Shown here in pieces: positions 49,087 to 62,274 of a stretch of 64,000 nucleotides of DNA (position 1 is the first letter of the stretch; each line of letters opens with the position of its first letter). Source of the DNA: Squalus acanthias (taxonomy: Eukaryota). Location: contig CM059432.1 in assembly GCA_030390025.1 (NCBI GenBank), positions 145,888,001 to 145,952,000 on the forward strand. Reading direction: 5' to 3'. The notes beneath the pieces were generated by a model. That model was not told where the DNA came from, did no database searches, and was given only the letters and a program-made list of their open reading frames with translations. The position numbers and the translations under genes were made by a program.

Positions 49087-51644
49087 CAGGCACACAATAT
49101 TGATAGTGAAGCTAATCCAGTATCTGTCAACTAACTAGGAAAATGTAACCAGAAACCCTTTTAACTGCAGTTCAATGCATACCTAAAATGTTATTGTAAC
49201 ATATACTCCTACTGTACTACAAAGTGATGGTATAAACAGTTTTCTTCAAAGACTTGACTTTGATATTTAATACTTACGTCAACCTTATAGATTCCTGTTC
49301 TTCTTACTGAATATGAAGATAAATGGCCAAAGCTTTTATTCCATTTCAGCAAATTGTTGTCAACTCATTTTTAAATTTTGTTTGCGATTCTCACAGAGAT
49401 GGGATCACTTGGGATTTCAGAAACTAGTGGCGACATAGATTTCTCCAATTCAGGTGATTCAATAAATGAACGTTCCGAGCTGCGTGTTAGTTTGTTGTAG
49501 TTGATTGAAAGTTCTGTGAAGGAAAAGTTATTTATTATTAACGTTACGTTCCCAGGGACGGGAAATAGACTGTCACAAGGAACACCACTTTCTGAAGGTT
49601 TTATCGCATTTTTTGAAGACTCATAACTCTAAAGTGCCGCACACCTCTTGAGGTTTGCACTCAGTGATGCCGAATGCAATAGACTACATTTTTTTAAAGT
49701 TACTTACTTTAGCAAGAGAAGTAATTTTATGCTCATCAAGTTGAGAGCTGTCGGTGCTCGGGAATGGAAACCATTTCCATTCTTTGTATCCAGTGTCAGT
49801 GTCAAGTAAGTAGGACAGGAATATTGCAGTGCCCATCAGTTTTCTGTTCACCATTTCGTTATGGATGGAAGTGGATAGAACGCTGTAAGCTGTGCTTATA
49901 TACTTACCAGCAGAAACTATCGGGTACATTTACCAATCCACTTCACCAGTTGTGCCACTGTGGATCGAGTGACTGGGGCTTTGGAAATCAGGTGAGCAGG
50001 TATGACGCTTGTGTCTTGCCCCAACGCTAAGGTAGCAAAATTTCCTAACCAAGAATGTGTGAGAGCTATTTTAACGGCCAAAAGGTTGTTTAAAATACTT
50101 TGATTGAAGGAGTGATTTCCCAGCTTTATCGCCAGGACTGTACTGTTTCCTTTGAGTTCCTATTTGCACTGGGCCTCAGGCAAGTCCATGTGTAACGAAT
50201 TCTTAGAGGCAGAGGCTTTTACCCAATATTTAAAATTTTGCACTTTTAGAGTGTGGTTTTATTAATGCATTGTGCTATTTTTCCTATGTTAATGTGTTTT
50301 TAAATATCCCTTTTTGTATGGCTATTTCTAGTATAATTTTTATTTTGTCATAAAAGTAGGTAGATTTTTAGACAACTCTTAAAAAATAGCTGATTATTGT
50401 CCGCTGGTAGCTGAATGGAAATGAATCATACAGAACTCCAGCAGGGCAGAACAGATGAAAAAAAGACTGCAAATGAAAAAAGAGCTCTTCCAATACATAA
50501 TTTCGTGAGGGCACATGACAATGGCAAGCTATAGAGTGCGATGAGGGTCAGCAAATCAAGGCAAAGTTCATGATTGGTTTGATTCTGAAATGCCCCAAAT
50601 ACACTATTCCATAGTTGAAGCGGTATCTGAAGTAAGAAGGCAGGCATTAGAGCGAGAGTGCATGCACCTGCCATTATGGCACAAACCATATCTGCAGGCA
50701 GGTCAATGACTGAGGAGAACTGGTTCCACAGACTCCAGGTCAGCAGGGATATGTTGTCGAATATGACACCTGCTGCAAGTGCACATACAGTCAACCTGCA
50801 TTATAGGGATGGAACAGTAGCAGGCATGGTCACCAATACTCTGAACTTTAATGGTTGGATCTCTTTCCAGGCTAGCATAGTGGTCAATTGCATTATTATC
50901 CGATGTGGTGACTGATGCATTGTTGAACAAACCCAGCACTTTCATCTTATTTTCTTATGAATAGCAACACGCATGACATAGCTGTCTGATGTCCTCACAC
51001 TACTGCATGTCACAAAGTAGTAGGTCATTGATGGCAACCCATGTAGCCATCTGGACGGCAGGGTCCTGCTCTTCCTCTACCACCACTACTTGCTCCTCCT
51101 CACCTGTACACTGTGAATCCCCTGGTAATCCTCAAGCTCACTAACTACTCTGTGATCCGTATAGCTGTGCTGGTGCTCGCAAACATTGCTGTGAGGGATG
51201 CATGGTGCTGTCTTGGAGTGCAACATTGACAATGCTGTCAGGCTGCTCTTCCAGGCCTACACTGACAGATAAGGAATGAATGATAGACTGTAAGACGCAC
51301 CTTGCACAATAAGATATTAACTATGTGTGATGTTTATGTGGCTGTGTGTATTATCATATGCCAGTGTGAGTGAGAAGGGGAGCTAGATATAAAAGCTAAT
51401 GGAGTTAACCCCGGGGCTAGGGGCAGATCTGCAATTTCACCTTCCTCTCTATGCTTTTATATCCAAGGATGTCCAGTGTTGCTTCCACAGAGGGAATCTA
51501 GAGCTTGTAATTTCTGAGTTGTCCTGCAGTTCTGGTCTGTTCCCTTGTTGCCATCATGTGTAAGCAGCGAAGTAGTCTTGAGATGTAAGTTGAAGAAACA
51601 CATAAATAGTGACAGACATGTCCTCAACCTTCAGCCCATTCTAT

Positions 51645-52620
51645 GGGCTGGATTTTCCCAGCGGAGCCGGGTTCGCGGCAGGAGAGCTGGTTGGTGGATT
51701 CCGGTCCCGCTTCCGGCTGCAGCCGCTTTGTCAAAAGGATTTTCCATTAATAGGGCTTGTTAACCCCGCCTGGCGGGGTTCCCGGCCAATTAAAAGGAAG
51801 CGGGTCTGATGACGTCATTTGATGACGCGTCATCAGCCGGTTTCCTTAAAGAAACCATGGCCACATTCATTTTGACAGTTGTGCTGTCCGTGTTCTGCAG
51901 CATTGAGGTGCTGCAAACACTAAAAGCACTCCACAAAGGTGCACGGCTGCACCCAGGCTCTCGCATGACTCCCTCCATGTACTTATGGAGGGAGTCACAG
52001 CACGCAGGGAGATTCTCTTCCCTTCCCATGGGCGGAAGAGACCTCCCCAGGACACCAACGCAGCCTGGTTGCACATTGCACAGGAGGGCAAAAGCAGGGA
52101 TGTCGATAGGAGTGCCTAGCTGCAGTGGTGCAAACCTTTCAATGATCTCAGTAGATCAGGAAACGTTACTGCAAAGCCACACTCAACCTCATCCTGCTGT
52201 GCCACTCATCACATCCCCATAACTCTGCCTTCCCTACCCTACTCCTACACATCTTTACTCACACCAACTTACCTTGCACCTCCACCCATCCCTCTCTATC
52301 TACATTATCACTTCCCCATCTCACTAGCCACCCCTCACACTCACCCTCATCATAGTCCAATCATACCAACTTACAACACACAAGGGTAGGCACTTGGATG
52401 TCTTATGCAATGTTCATGTAAATTTTCTGTTAATGTGTTGTCAAACATTGAAATCTTTATTTTCAACACTTTGCCTTATTGTACAGTGCTCACCTTTGGA
52501 AGTGTCTTAGTGAGTTGCAGTGAATGGTGAGACATAACGGTATCCCCCGCAATGGTGATGAGTGTGAAAAGAATGGCTTGGTCATTGCAGGAATGCTTTA
52601 TGGTGATGGTGTGTGGTGGT
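51645..52620 (+). mobile_element. Harbinger left end with degenerate Myb/SANT exon 1
   Basis: Begins GGGCTGGATTTTCC; frame APRLSHDSLHVLMEGVTARREILFPSHGRKRPPQDTNAAWLHIAQE..LQWCKPFNDL (~51945-52165); truncated against CR1. Confidence 0.72.
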
Positions 52621-53930
52621 GTCGTCTTTTAGTCCCATTATTTTACCAAGTACTTTTTCCTTAGTGATATTGATTGTCTTTAGTTCCCCCCTCCCTGTGG
52701 CCTCTTGATTATCCATTATTGGGATGTTGTTAGTGTCTTCTACCATGAAGACAGATACAAAATATTTGTTCAGAGTCTCTGCCATTTCCCCGCTCCCCAT
52801 TATTAATTCCCCATTCTCATCCTCGAAGGGACCAACGTTTACTTTAGCTACTCTCTTCCTTTTTATATACCTGTAGAAGCTCTTACTTTCTGTTTTGATA
52901 TTTCTTGCCAGTTTACTCTCATAATTTATCTTCTCTCTCTTTATTATTTTTTCAGTCATCCTTTGCTGGTTTTTAAAGATTTACCAATCCTCTGGCCTTC
53001 CACCAATCTTGGCAACATTGTATGCCTTAGTTTTCAATTTGATACCATTCTTTGCTTCCTTAGTTAGCCACGGATAGTGCTCCCTTCTCTTAAAATCTTT
53101 CTTTCTCACTGGAATATATTTTTGTTGAGAGTTATGAAATATCTCCTTAAATGTCTGCCACTGCATTTCAACTGTCTTACCTTTTAATTTATTTTTCCAG
53201 TCCACTTTAGCCACTTCTGCCTTCATGCCATTGTAATTGCCTTTGTTTAAGATCAGGACACTGGTTTGAGATACAACTTTCTCACCCTCCAACTGAATTT
53301 GAAATTCAACCATGTTATGATCACTCTTTCCGAGAGGATCCTTTACTATGAGATCATTTATTAATTCTGTCTCATTACACAGTACCAGATCCAAGATAGC
53401 CTGCTCCCTGGTTGGTTCCATTACATACTGTTCTAGGAAACCATCCCGGATACACTCTATGAACTCCTCCTCAAGGCTACCATGGCCAATTTGATTTGTC
53501 CAATCAATATGGAGATTAAAATCACCCATGATTATTACCGTACCTTTTTTACAGGCCTCCATTATTTGTTGATTTATACTCTGTCCAACAGTATTGCTAC
53601 TGTTTGGGGGCCTGTAGACTATGCCCATCAGAGACTTTTTCCCCTTATTATTTTTTAACTCCACCCAAACCGATTCTACATCTTGATCTTCTGAGCCAAT
53701 ATCACTTCTCACCACTGCACTGATCCCGTCCTTTACCAACAAAGCCACCCCACCTCCCTCTCCTTTCTGTCTATCCTTCCGAATTGTCAAATACCCTGGA
53801 ATATTCAGTTCCCAGCCTTGGTCACCTTGCAACCACGTCTCTGTAATGGCGATCAGATCATATCCATTTGTATCTATTTGTGCCGTCAACTCATCGATCT
53901 TATTACGAATGCTGCGTGCATTCAGATATA
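52621..53930 (-). mobile_element. CR1 ORF2 5' portion (APE endonuclease), no RT or tail
   Basis: Open 302-aa frame 52981-53889 (DLIAITETWL, VYRPP, MGDFN, SDHN) preceded by YLNARSIRNK. Confidence 0.9.
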
Positions 53931-53934
53931 GACT

Positions 53935-54853
53935 TACACGGAGGTGGGTTCGCGGTGGGTTCCCAACCCGCTGTCAATCATTTCGAATTTAACAGCTGAC
54001 CCACCTCCAAACCCGCCCTCTGAGTGCCGGCACAATCGTGGCCTCAGTGTCAGTAACTGGCCATGCCACATGAACCTATACATGTTGCAATGATAATTGA
54101 ATCAGGCAGGCAAATGGATTTTCCTCAGCCGGCCGCTCATTTCTCAGGCAAGAGACGTACGGCAACAGTTCAGAAACCATCCCCCCACTTCACCCCCCAC
54201 CCTTTCTGTTTGCAAGTTCAGGCGGAGGAGGAACACAGAATACATGCCAGGTAGGTACATTTGCACTTTAAGAGATCAACCAGGGTCTGTTTTTACGCTG
54301 CCAATTACGTCCATAGGGTCAAGCAATCGTACCTGGGTGGGATGGTGGAAAAAAAGATTTTGGCCAAGAAACTCGGCCATTTTTTGGGGGCTAAGCAGCA
54401 TCCTAAGCCTCCAATATGGTGGGCGGGGAACACGTGCTCAATACAAGCCAGAAGTGTGTCGCCCGCCATACTGGTGAATGCAAAAAAATCGGCGTGCTCT
54501 GCCCACACCTGAAACATGTGTTAGGCCCTTTGCGTATGCAAAAAAAAAGGGACGAATGCCTGTTTGAAGCTCCTGCTGCAAGATTGGTTTGCCCTAAGGC
54601 ACTCGGGAAAACATGCTTACCTGAATGTGGAGCCGGGAGTAGCAAGCGTGCTCCTCTCGCCCCCATATTAAAACACCGCGGGTCTTTTAACCATGCTTTG
54701 TCGTGCAAGCTGCCTCTTACCCTCCGCAGCTCACCATCTTCAGAGAAATGAGGCCCGAGGCCCAATATTGGGAGCACCTCGGGTGTCGCCATTCAGGCGC
54801 AGAGAATGTACCCTGCATCACCCCCCACCACGTGCCCAAAGATTTCTCAGCCC
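53935..54853. mobile_element. Harbinger-type terminal/MITE-like sequence (boundaries uncertain)
   Basis: GC-rich subterminal-like sequence; right end GATTTCTCAGCCC followed by TTG abutting a SINE end. Confidence 0.4.
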
Positions 54854-55023
54854 TTGAATTTATATAGCACCTTTCATGACCTCAGGAGGTCCCAAAGCAT
54901 TTCACACCCAATAAGCTACTTTTGAAGTGTAGTCACTGTTGCAATGTAGGGAAATATGGCAGCCAATTTGTGCAAAACAGGGTCCCACAAACAGCAATAA
55001 GATAAATGACTGGATAATTTGTT
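54854..55023 (-). mobile_element. DeuSINE/SacSINE1-like 3' fragment
   Basis: Matches 21464-21630 (TTTATATAGCACCTTTCATGAC...GCAGCCAATTTGTGCA). Confidence 0.8.
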
Positions 55024-55872
55024 ATCAAAATCCACGACAAGGCCTTGGACAACGTGGACCACTTTCCATACCTCGGGAGCCTACTGTCAACAAGGGCAGA
55101 CATCGACGACGAAGTCCAACACCGCCTTCAGTGTGGCAGTGCAGCCTTCGGTCGCCTGAGGAAGAGAGTGTTTGAAGACCAGGACCTCAAACCCGGCACT
55201 AAGCTCATGGTCTGCAGAGCAGTAGTGATTCCCGCCCTCCTGTATGCCTCAGAGACATGGACCATGTACAGCAGGCACCTCAAAGCACTGGAGAGGTACC
55301 ACCAACGCTGCCTCCGCAAGATCCTGCAAATCCATTGGCAGGATAGGCGCACCAACGTCAGTGTTCTTGCTCAGGCCAACATCCCCAGCATCGAAGCTTT
55401 GACCACGCTCGATCAGCTCCAATGGACGGGTCACATTGTCCGCATGCCCGATACGAGACTCCCAAAACAAGCGCTCTACTCGGAGCTCCGGCATGGCAAG
55501 AGAGTACCAGGTGGGCAGAGGAAACGCTTCAAGGACACCCTCAAAGCCTCTTTGAAAAAGTGTAACATCCCCACCGACACCTGGGAATCCCTGGCCCAAG
55601 ACCGCACAAAGTGGAGGAGAAGCATCCGGGAAGGCGCCGAATACCTCGAGTCTCTTCGCCGGGAGCAAACGGAAGCTAAGCGCAGGCAGCGCAAGGAGCG
55701 CACGTCAACCCAAGCACCCCACCCAACTGCCCCTTCAACCACCGACTGCCCCGCCTGTGACAGAGACCGTAGGTCCCACATTGGACTCATCAGTCACCTG
55801 AGAACTCATTTTTAATGTGGAAGCAAGTCATCCTCGGTTCCGAGGGACTGCCGAAGAAGAAGAAGGGAGAAG
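55024..55872 (+). mobile_element. RTE-clade LINE 3' fragment with open C-terminal ORF
   Basis: 256-aa ORF: VDHFPYLGS, LLYASETW, LQWTGHIVRMPDTRLPKQALYSEL, GGQRKRFKDTLK, terminal CPAC..HLRTH zinc finger; (GAA)n-like tail at ~55853-55872. Confidence 0.9.
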
Positions 55873-55919
55873 ACTATTATGTGCATTTGTAAGGAAATAA
55901 GTACATTGTTCAATATATT

Positions 55920-56667
55920 GGGCCAAAAATTCGGCCCTTCCCGCGTGAGTACACGGTGTGTACTCACCCGTAATGCTTCCCGAAGTGCCTGCGCATGCGC
56001 GGGAAACCGGAACTTCCGGTATGGTGAAGGGGGCGGTTCCTAGGTGAACCGCGTGCGTGTTAGAGGCTGCACGCATGCAGCAAACTTAGATTTTTTTTCA
56101 GGTTTCTCCGGGAGGGTAAGTATTGAAGAAACTACACTATTAAAAAGGAGGCGCAAGACCCGTTTTCAACAAGGTAAGTGGTTAATTAAGTATAATTTAA
56201 AAATTTTTTCAACAGGTTTATCTTTTTTAGATACTTTAAAGAAAGGTAAGTTTATTTTTATCACTTTTAAAAAGTATTTTAATTTTTTCAAAAATTAAAA
56301 TTTTTGTTTAAAGTGGTTAATTTATTTAACTATAGTTATTTTATAAATGTGATGGTTTTAAAAAAAAATTATTTTAAGTTTAGCTGTTCTTTTGGGGCCG
56401 ATTTCAATTCACAGATTTGACAGGTCTCCTGTCAAATCTATGAATGAAAGATGGTTTGCTGCCATTGGCTCTCCATGACCCACGTGATCCCAGGGGACGC
56501 ATCGCACTAACTACGCCCCTGGGACACGCAAGCACTGCGCGCCGGCAGTTGGGAGAGGCCCCGGACCCGAAGTTCCTGTGGGCCCGAAACACAACGGCAG
56601 GCGCGGTAGGTAAGAGCGCGCGCGATCCTTACCCCCGCGGCAAGCCGGAGAGGCGAATTTCTGGGCC
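55920..56667. mobile_element. Harbinger-type MITE (748 bp), copy 2
   Basis: TIR GGGCCAAAAATT / AATTTCTGGGCC; exact ATT TSD (55917-55919, 56668-56670). Confidence 0.9.
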
Positions 56668-57057
56668 ATTATATTGCGAATGTAATGTTATATTTCTGCT
56701 ATGGAGACTGCAGTTTCGAGTCTACTCTGCGTAGCTTTAAAGTTTGCACCTGGGAACGCATGAATCATGGTTGAAGATTTGATGAACTCCTGGTTTGACG
56801 AGATCCAGTCCCTAATAATTGTCTAAATTGAGGATTGTATGGCTAAGCTGAAAATTTCGCTGCCCATTTTAATTTCAGTCAAAACCCACACTTTATGCCC
56901 CAAAAACACAACTTCAACCTGTCAAACAACAAGCAGAAAATTTGTTGACATTTGAACGATTCCTTTCACTATTTTGTAGCAGCTATTCCAATTCTAAATA
57001 GAACAGATTTTTTTACCATACTATTAACTTCTTAAGACCTGCAGAGTAAAACTCACT

Positions 57058-57580
57058 GGGGGTGAAATTTGATAGGGCCCGAAAACGGGCATTAGCACTG
57101 CAATGCGAGATATGCTCGCGCTCATTCAGAAAGCGCAGGCAGCACGTCAGCTTGGTGGTGCCTGCTAATTAGCATGATTGTAGTGTGCATAGCCTAGCGA
57201 CTAATGTGCTGCTGACAGGCGGTGTGCTCAGCAGGGGGCCCAACTTTGCTTCGCTGGAGTAAGGCTGGCTTCACTTAAAGTTGATCTGCTCCTTTGCAAG
57301 GCAGTCTCTGGCTCTTAAAGTTGAACTGCCTTCTGCAACAAAAAAAAAATCCCTCAGAACCAGGCAGTCTGCAGCTCTTAAAGCTGAACTACCTTCTGTA
57401 GATAAAAAAATGCTAAAAGTGCTTTAGCACTAACACAAATGGCTCAACAGGCCAGGGAAAGGCCAACCAGGGTCTCGCACGCAGCTCTCCACAGGGGGTC
57501 AACACTGGAAGAGAGGTCCTCTAACCACAGGGGGCCAGGAGGCCCTCCAGAAAGAAGGAAGTGGGACCAGATCGCAGAGT
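57058..57580 (+). mobile_element. Harbinger left end with degenerate Myb/SANT start
   Basis: Begins GGGGGTGAAATTTG; MAQQARERPTRVSHAAL..REVL*PQGARRP..KWDQIAE at ~57439-57580; truncated by CR1. Confidence 0.6.
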
Positions 57581-58550
57581 GGTATACATCAATGATTTAG
57601 ATTTCAAATTAGGGGGCATGATTAAGAAATTTGCAGATGATATAAAAAGTGGCCGTGTGGTTGATAGTGAAGAAGAAAGCTGTAGACTGTAGGAAGATAT
57701 CAATGGACTGGTCAGGTGGGCAGAAAAGTGGCAAATGGAATTCAATCCGGCAAAGTGTGAGGGAATGCATTTGGGGAGGGCTAACAAGGCAAGGGAATAC
57801 ACAATAAATGGTAGGATACTGAGAAGTGTAGAGGAGCAGAGGGACCTTGGAGTGCATGTCCACAGATCCCTGAAGGTAGTAGGACAGGTAGATAATGTGG
57901 TTAAGAAGGCATACAGGATACTTTCCTTTATTAGCCGAGGCATAGAATATAAGAGCAAGGAGGTTAGGCTTGAATTGTATAAAACACTAGTTAGGCCACA
58001 GCTAGAGTACTGCGTACAGTTCTGGCCACCATATTACAGGAAAGATGTGACTGCACTCGAGAGGGTACAGAGGAGATTTATGAGGATGTTGCCAGGACTG
58101 GAGAATTTTAGCTACGAGGAAAGATTGGACAGGTTGGGGTTGTTTTCTTTGGAACAGAGGAGGCTGAGGGGAGACTTAATTAAGGTGTATAAAATTATGA
58201 GGGGCCTAGATAGAGTGGATAGCAAGGACCTATTTCCCTTAGCAGAGAGGTCAATAACCAGGGGGCATAGATTTAAAGTAATTGGTAGGAGGATTAGAGG
58301 GGAGTTGAGGAGAAATTTTTTCACCCAGAGGGTGGTGGGGGGTCTGGAACTCACTGCCTGAAAGGGTGGTAGAGGCAGAAACCCTCATTGCATTTAAAAA
58401 GTACTTGGATATGCACTTGAAGTGCCGTAACCTACAGGGCTATGGACCAAGAGCTGGAAAGTGGGATTAGGCTGGATAGCTCTTTTTCGGCCGGCATAGA
58501 CACGATGGGCCGAATGGCCTCCTTCTGTGCCATAAATTTCGATGATTCTA
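57581..58550 (+). mobile_element. CR1 RT 3' fragment
   Basis: YINDLD..KFADD; ORF 57735-58361; tail TTCGATGATTCTA. Confidence 0.9.
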
Positions 58551-58970
58551 TATGTGCTTACCTGACATCAGATCTGGGTTCTTGTCAGTAATGATCTTCA
58601 TTCAAGAGGATTAACACCCTTTGGGGGAAAAATTGGGTATCGCCCATTTTGGGGCGCTAATATTGGCCGAGTGCAAAGTTTAGCGTCCGGTGCTAATTAT
58701 CACCTCCGACCGCAAAATTCGCCTCTATCGCCCCTGGAGGTGATTTCAGCGCTAAATACCTCTCTTAAGATGCTAACGTCAGGGAGCGAGGCGCTACCTC
58801 AGAACACTACCGAAGCTCAGGCGATGTCAGTTACCATGGAAGCCAGACAGACTGGCGTCGTCCAGTTCTTAAAGGGGAGGGGCCATCTTGCTGGCCAGCC
58901 ACACCCTGCTCATTGCAGCCTTGAATCTCGGCCTGGAAAGACCTCTAAAGCAATTGCGTTGGAAGCACTA

Positions 58971-60788
58971 ATGGATAGGGCCAGGGAAAGAGCTCGGCAC
59001 TTCAGCGAGCAGGCATTGGTGGCTCTGGTTGGTGCTGTTGAACGGAGACGGGCAGTACTATTCCCTGAGAGTGGCAGGAGGCCATTGCCCCGGGAGTTCC
59101 GAAGGGTGTGGAGGAAGGTGGCTCAGCACGTCTCCTCAAGGAGCCTGGTGGCAAGGACCCACACTCAATGTCACAAGAAGTTCAACGACCTCACTCGGGT
59201 GGTCAGGGTGAGTACCTGCTTTTCAATACTTCTACATCCCTCCATCTCAACTTCACTCTGTGCCCAAACGGTTTAAAAACCCAAATGCCCAACACTCATC
59301 CAAGAACTATGGCCATCTCATAAAACTCACATGCACATCCCACACCTTGCACACATTAATGGCTATTCAACTATGGTAAGCACATCTGCCAAACACATGG
59401 CTGCACACTCACTCACACGCTGTCCTTTTTCTTGCCGGCCAAGCTGTCTCGTAACAGAAGGGAGCAACAATGCACGGGAGGAGGACAGGCGGACCTACAC
59501 CCCCTGAATGAGTTGGAGGACAGAGTCATTGCCAGCCAGGTCATAGGTGCCGTGGCCGGTGGAGAGGTCGACCCCCTTGGGGACAGCAAAGGTATGTTCA
59601 TCAGCTTTCTCTCCTCTCTCATACCACTTCCCCCTCACAACACCAGCCTTTTACACTTTCAATCCAACTAACTGTCTCCAGTCCTTGCTCCCTTCCTGCC
59701 CCCCTGCCCTCACGCTAAAGCCACTCTTGTGCCTGCCTGCTTTCAGATAGTGAACCACCAGCTGACTAGCCTGTCCCTCAGCCTCCCAGTGGCAGCGACA
59801 CGCCAGAGGAGGAGGAAGAGGAAGCCGGAGCCTCACCGCCTGCGTGTCCCAAGGGAGACACATCTGACACTGGGGCCACGCCTTCCTTGGAGGGGAGCAG
59901 GGGGTTAGGGCCTGATGAGGGCGAAGCTCCTGGACCCAGCGGGTTGCAGCAATGCCATGGGGGTAGGGAAGCCATCGCCCCGCAGGGTGAGTAGGTGCAC
60001 GATTTCTGCTGTACAGGACTCTGATGAGGACCTCGACATCGCAGCATGCACACTGAGCTCATGGGTGCGATGGCAAGGGTGCCCGACAGCAAGGATGCAC
60101 TGGCTAAGAGCATGGAGGAGTCCGCCGCTAGCACAGCTGTCCTCAATCCCTTGAACCCATCCTTGCCTCGCTGCAGAGGATGGTTGAATTGCAGGGAGAC
60201 CATGGCGAACCAGAGCTCATGCCGCGTGTACTGGGTGAGGTGGCAGGATCCATTGCAACACAGGCCGACGCAACGCAATGGCTTAATGCTGCAATCGAGT
60301 CATTGGCTGGTGCCATCCAGTCTCAGAATGCTGCCATCCTCGCTGGGTCGCCCACAGTCCACCAGGGATCTCACGGTACTCCATCAGGCCAGCAATCTGT
60401 GCTCGAGCAGATTGCTCCGGATGCTGAGGTACTGCCCCGGGGGAGTGGCAGTGTGTCGGTCGAGCAAGAAAGTGCTGTCCTCTCTCAGGATGACAGCATT
60501 CCTGCTCCCACCACTGCCACTTCCCCATTGCACTTGCCACAGCCTGCAAACCAGCCAGCCCAGACTGCTGCCACCCATGCAGAGTTGGTGCAGTCTGCAG
60601 CTGGGCCCTCCAGGCCCAGAGCTGGTCGAGGGTGTCCTTCAAGGCCATCTCCAGTCTCTGGATCCAGCATTCAGCAGCCTTCCACCAGCCTTGCTGCAGC
60701 CACTGGGGTCACATTCCGGAGGAGCAGTAGGATGGGAAGGGGGGAAGTGCGCAGGGGATGGAGGTCACCCTCGAAGGCCCTAAAGTAG
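58971..60788 (+). pseudogene. Harbinger Myb/SANT-like protein gene (exons 58971-59207, 59438-59591, 59747-60788), disrupted
   Basis: MDRARERARHFSEQALVALVGAV..LFP..W.KVAQ.V..RTHTQCHKKFNDL; exon 2 AKLSRNRREQQCTGGG; intron-1 acceptor reads CCG instead of CAG; early TAG and a frameshift in exon 3. Confidence 0.82.
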
Positions 60789-61096
60789 AATTTTTAAATA
60801 AATGTGGGGAATGTTTGTGGGAAAGTTCGATGTTGATGTTATTATATTTGTTTACGGTTTTGCCGCTTATTTCCATGTTGTGAGAACGAGTTTTGTTAGT
60901 TCATGAATTGTTGGGTTTGTTTCTAATTGTTTGTCCTGAATAAATGACACAGAGTTTGTAATATAAATACATTTTTTTATTGTTACTTTACATCTTTGCT
61001 GATTTGACTCATTGCAGATTTGCCCGGTAATAGATGGTGCGGGATGCTTGCGATGATGTGCTTCTTCATCCCAGAAGCCATCTTCTCAGTAAATGG

Positions 61097-62274
61097 TTAG
61101 AAGCGGTGTCTTATCAGCCGTTCACGGACGGCCCTTGCAGAGGCAACATTGTGTGCCTCCCTCCCACGTTGGTGCTGCTGATCCTCCTTTTCATCCTCCT
61201 CCTCCTCCTCCTCCTGCTCCACCTCTCCCTCTTCCTCCTCCTGAAGTGGTGCACCAATCCCTGGTGGCAATGGCTGGGTCCTCATGATTGCAAGGTTGTG
61301 AAGCATGCAGCACACAACATGAAAAGCGAGACTCGCTCAGTAGAGTACTGCAGGGCTCCTCCTGAGTGGTCCAGACACCGGAACCGTTGTTTCAAGACAC
61401 CGATCGTCTGCTTTATGCGGTTCCTGGTGGCTCTATGACTATCATTGTATTGCAGCTCGGCAGGGGTGTTGGGGTTACGGAGCGGTGTCATCAGCCAGGT
61501 GCAGAGTGGATAACCCTTGTCCCCGAGGAGCCATCCACTAGGTTGACGTGGTGGTTGAAAGAGGTCTGTGACACCAGTCTGGCGCAGGATAAAAGCATCG
61601 TGGCTGCTGCCAGGATAGCGGGCATTGACGGCGAGGATGCGCTGTCTGTGGTCACACACCAACTGGACATTCAGAGAGTGGAAGCCCTTGCGGTTTCGGA
61701 ACACCTCTGCATTCTCATGAGGTGCCCGCAATGCCACATGCGTGCAGTCAATGGCGCCCTGAACCATGGGGAAGCTCGCTATCCGAGCAAAGCCACATGC
61801 GCGTTCGCGCTGTTTGTCCCGGGTCATGAGGAAAGAGATGTACTGCCGTCTCCTTTTGTAGAGAGCATTTGTCACCTCCCGGATGCAACAATGGACAGCG
61901 AACTGGGAGATATTCGCTATGTCCCCAGTTGAAGCCTGGAAGGAGCCGTTGGCATAGAAATTCAGAGCCACCGTCACCTTCACTGTCACCGACAGAGACG
62001 TCCTGGTCCTGAGCTGAGGCTGCAGATCTGGTTGCAGGAGGTGACGGAGCTCAGTGACCACCTCCTTGCTGAAGCGCAGCCTTCGGAAACACTGCTCCTC
62101 AGACAAATAAATGTCGGAGAATTGCTCCTGGAATACCCTGGGAGGGTAAGGTCTCCTGTGCAGAGACCTGTTGGCCCTCCTCCCTCTGGCAACGTTTGCC
62201 ACTCTCTCTCTGCACCTCTGCTGCCTCCGAAGGTGAAGCTGGAAGACGACGCCCCGAGTTAGTGCAGCCCCCAT
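61097..62274 (-). pseudogene. HARBI1-like DDE transposase, frameshifted near the C-terminus
   Basis: GAIDCTHV, NRKGFHSLNVQLVCD, YPGSSHDAFIL, LLGDKGYPL, RNRIKQTIGVLKQRFRCL, then a shifted frame CCMLHN...RERLIRHRF. Confidence 0.92.

Noticed and set aside
61097..62274. Domesticated host HARBI1 (with NAIF1-like partner)
   Set aside because: Flanked by TIRs and TSD-like bases and carries disabling mutations, so it is a transposon copy.
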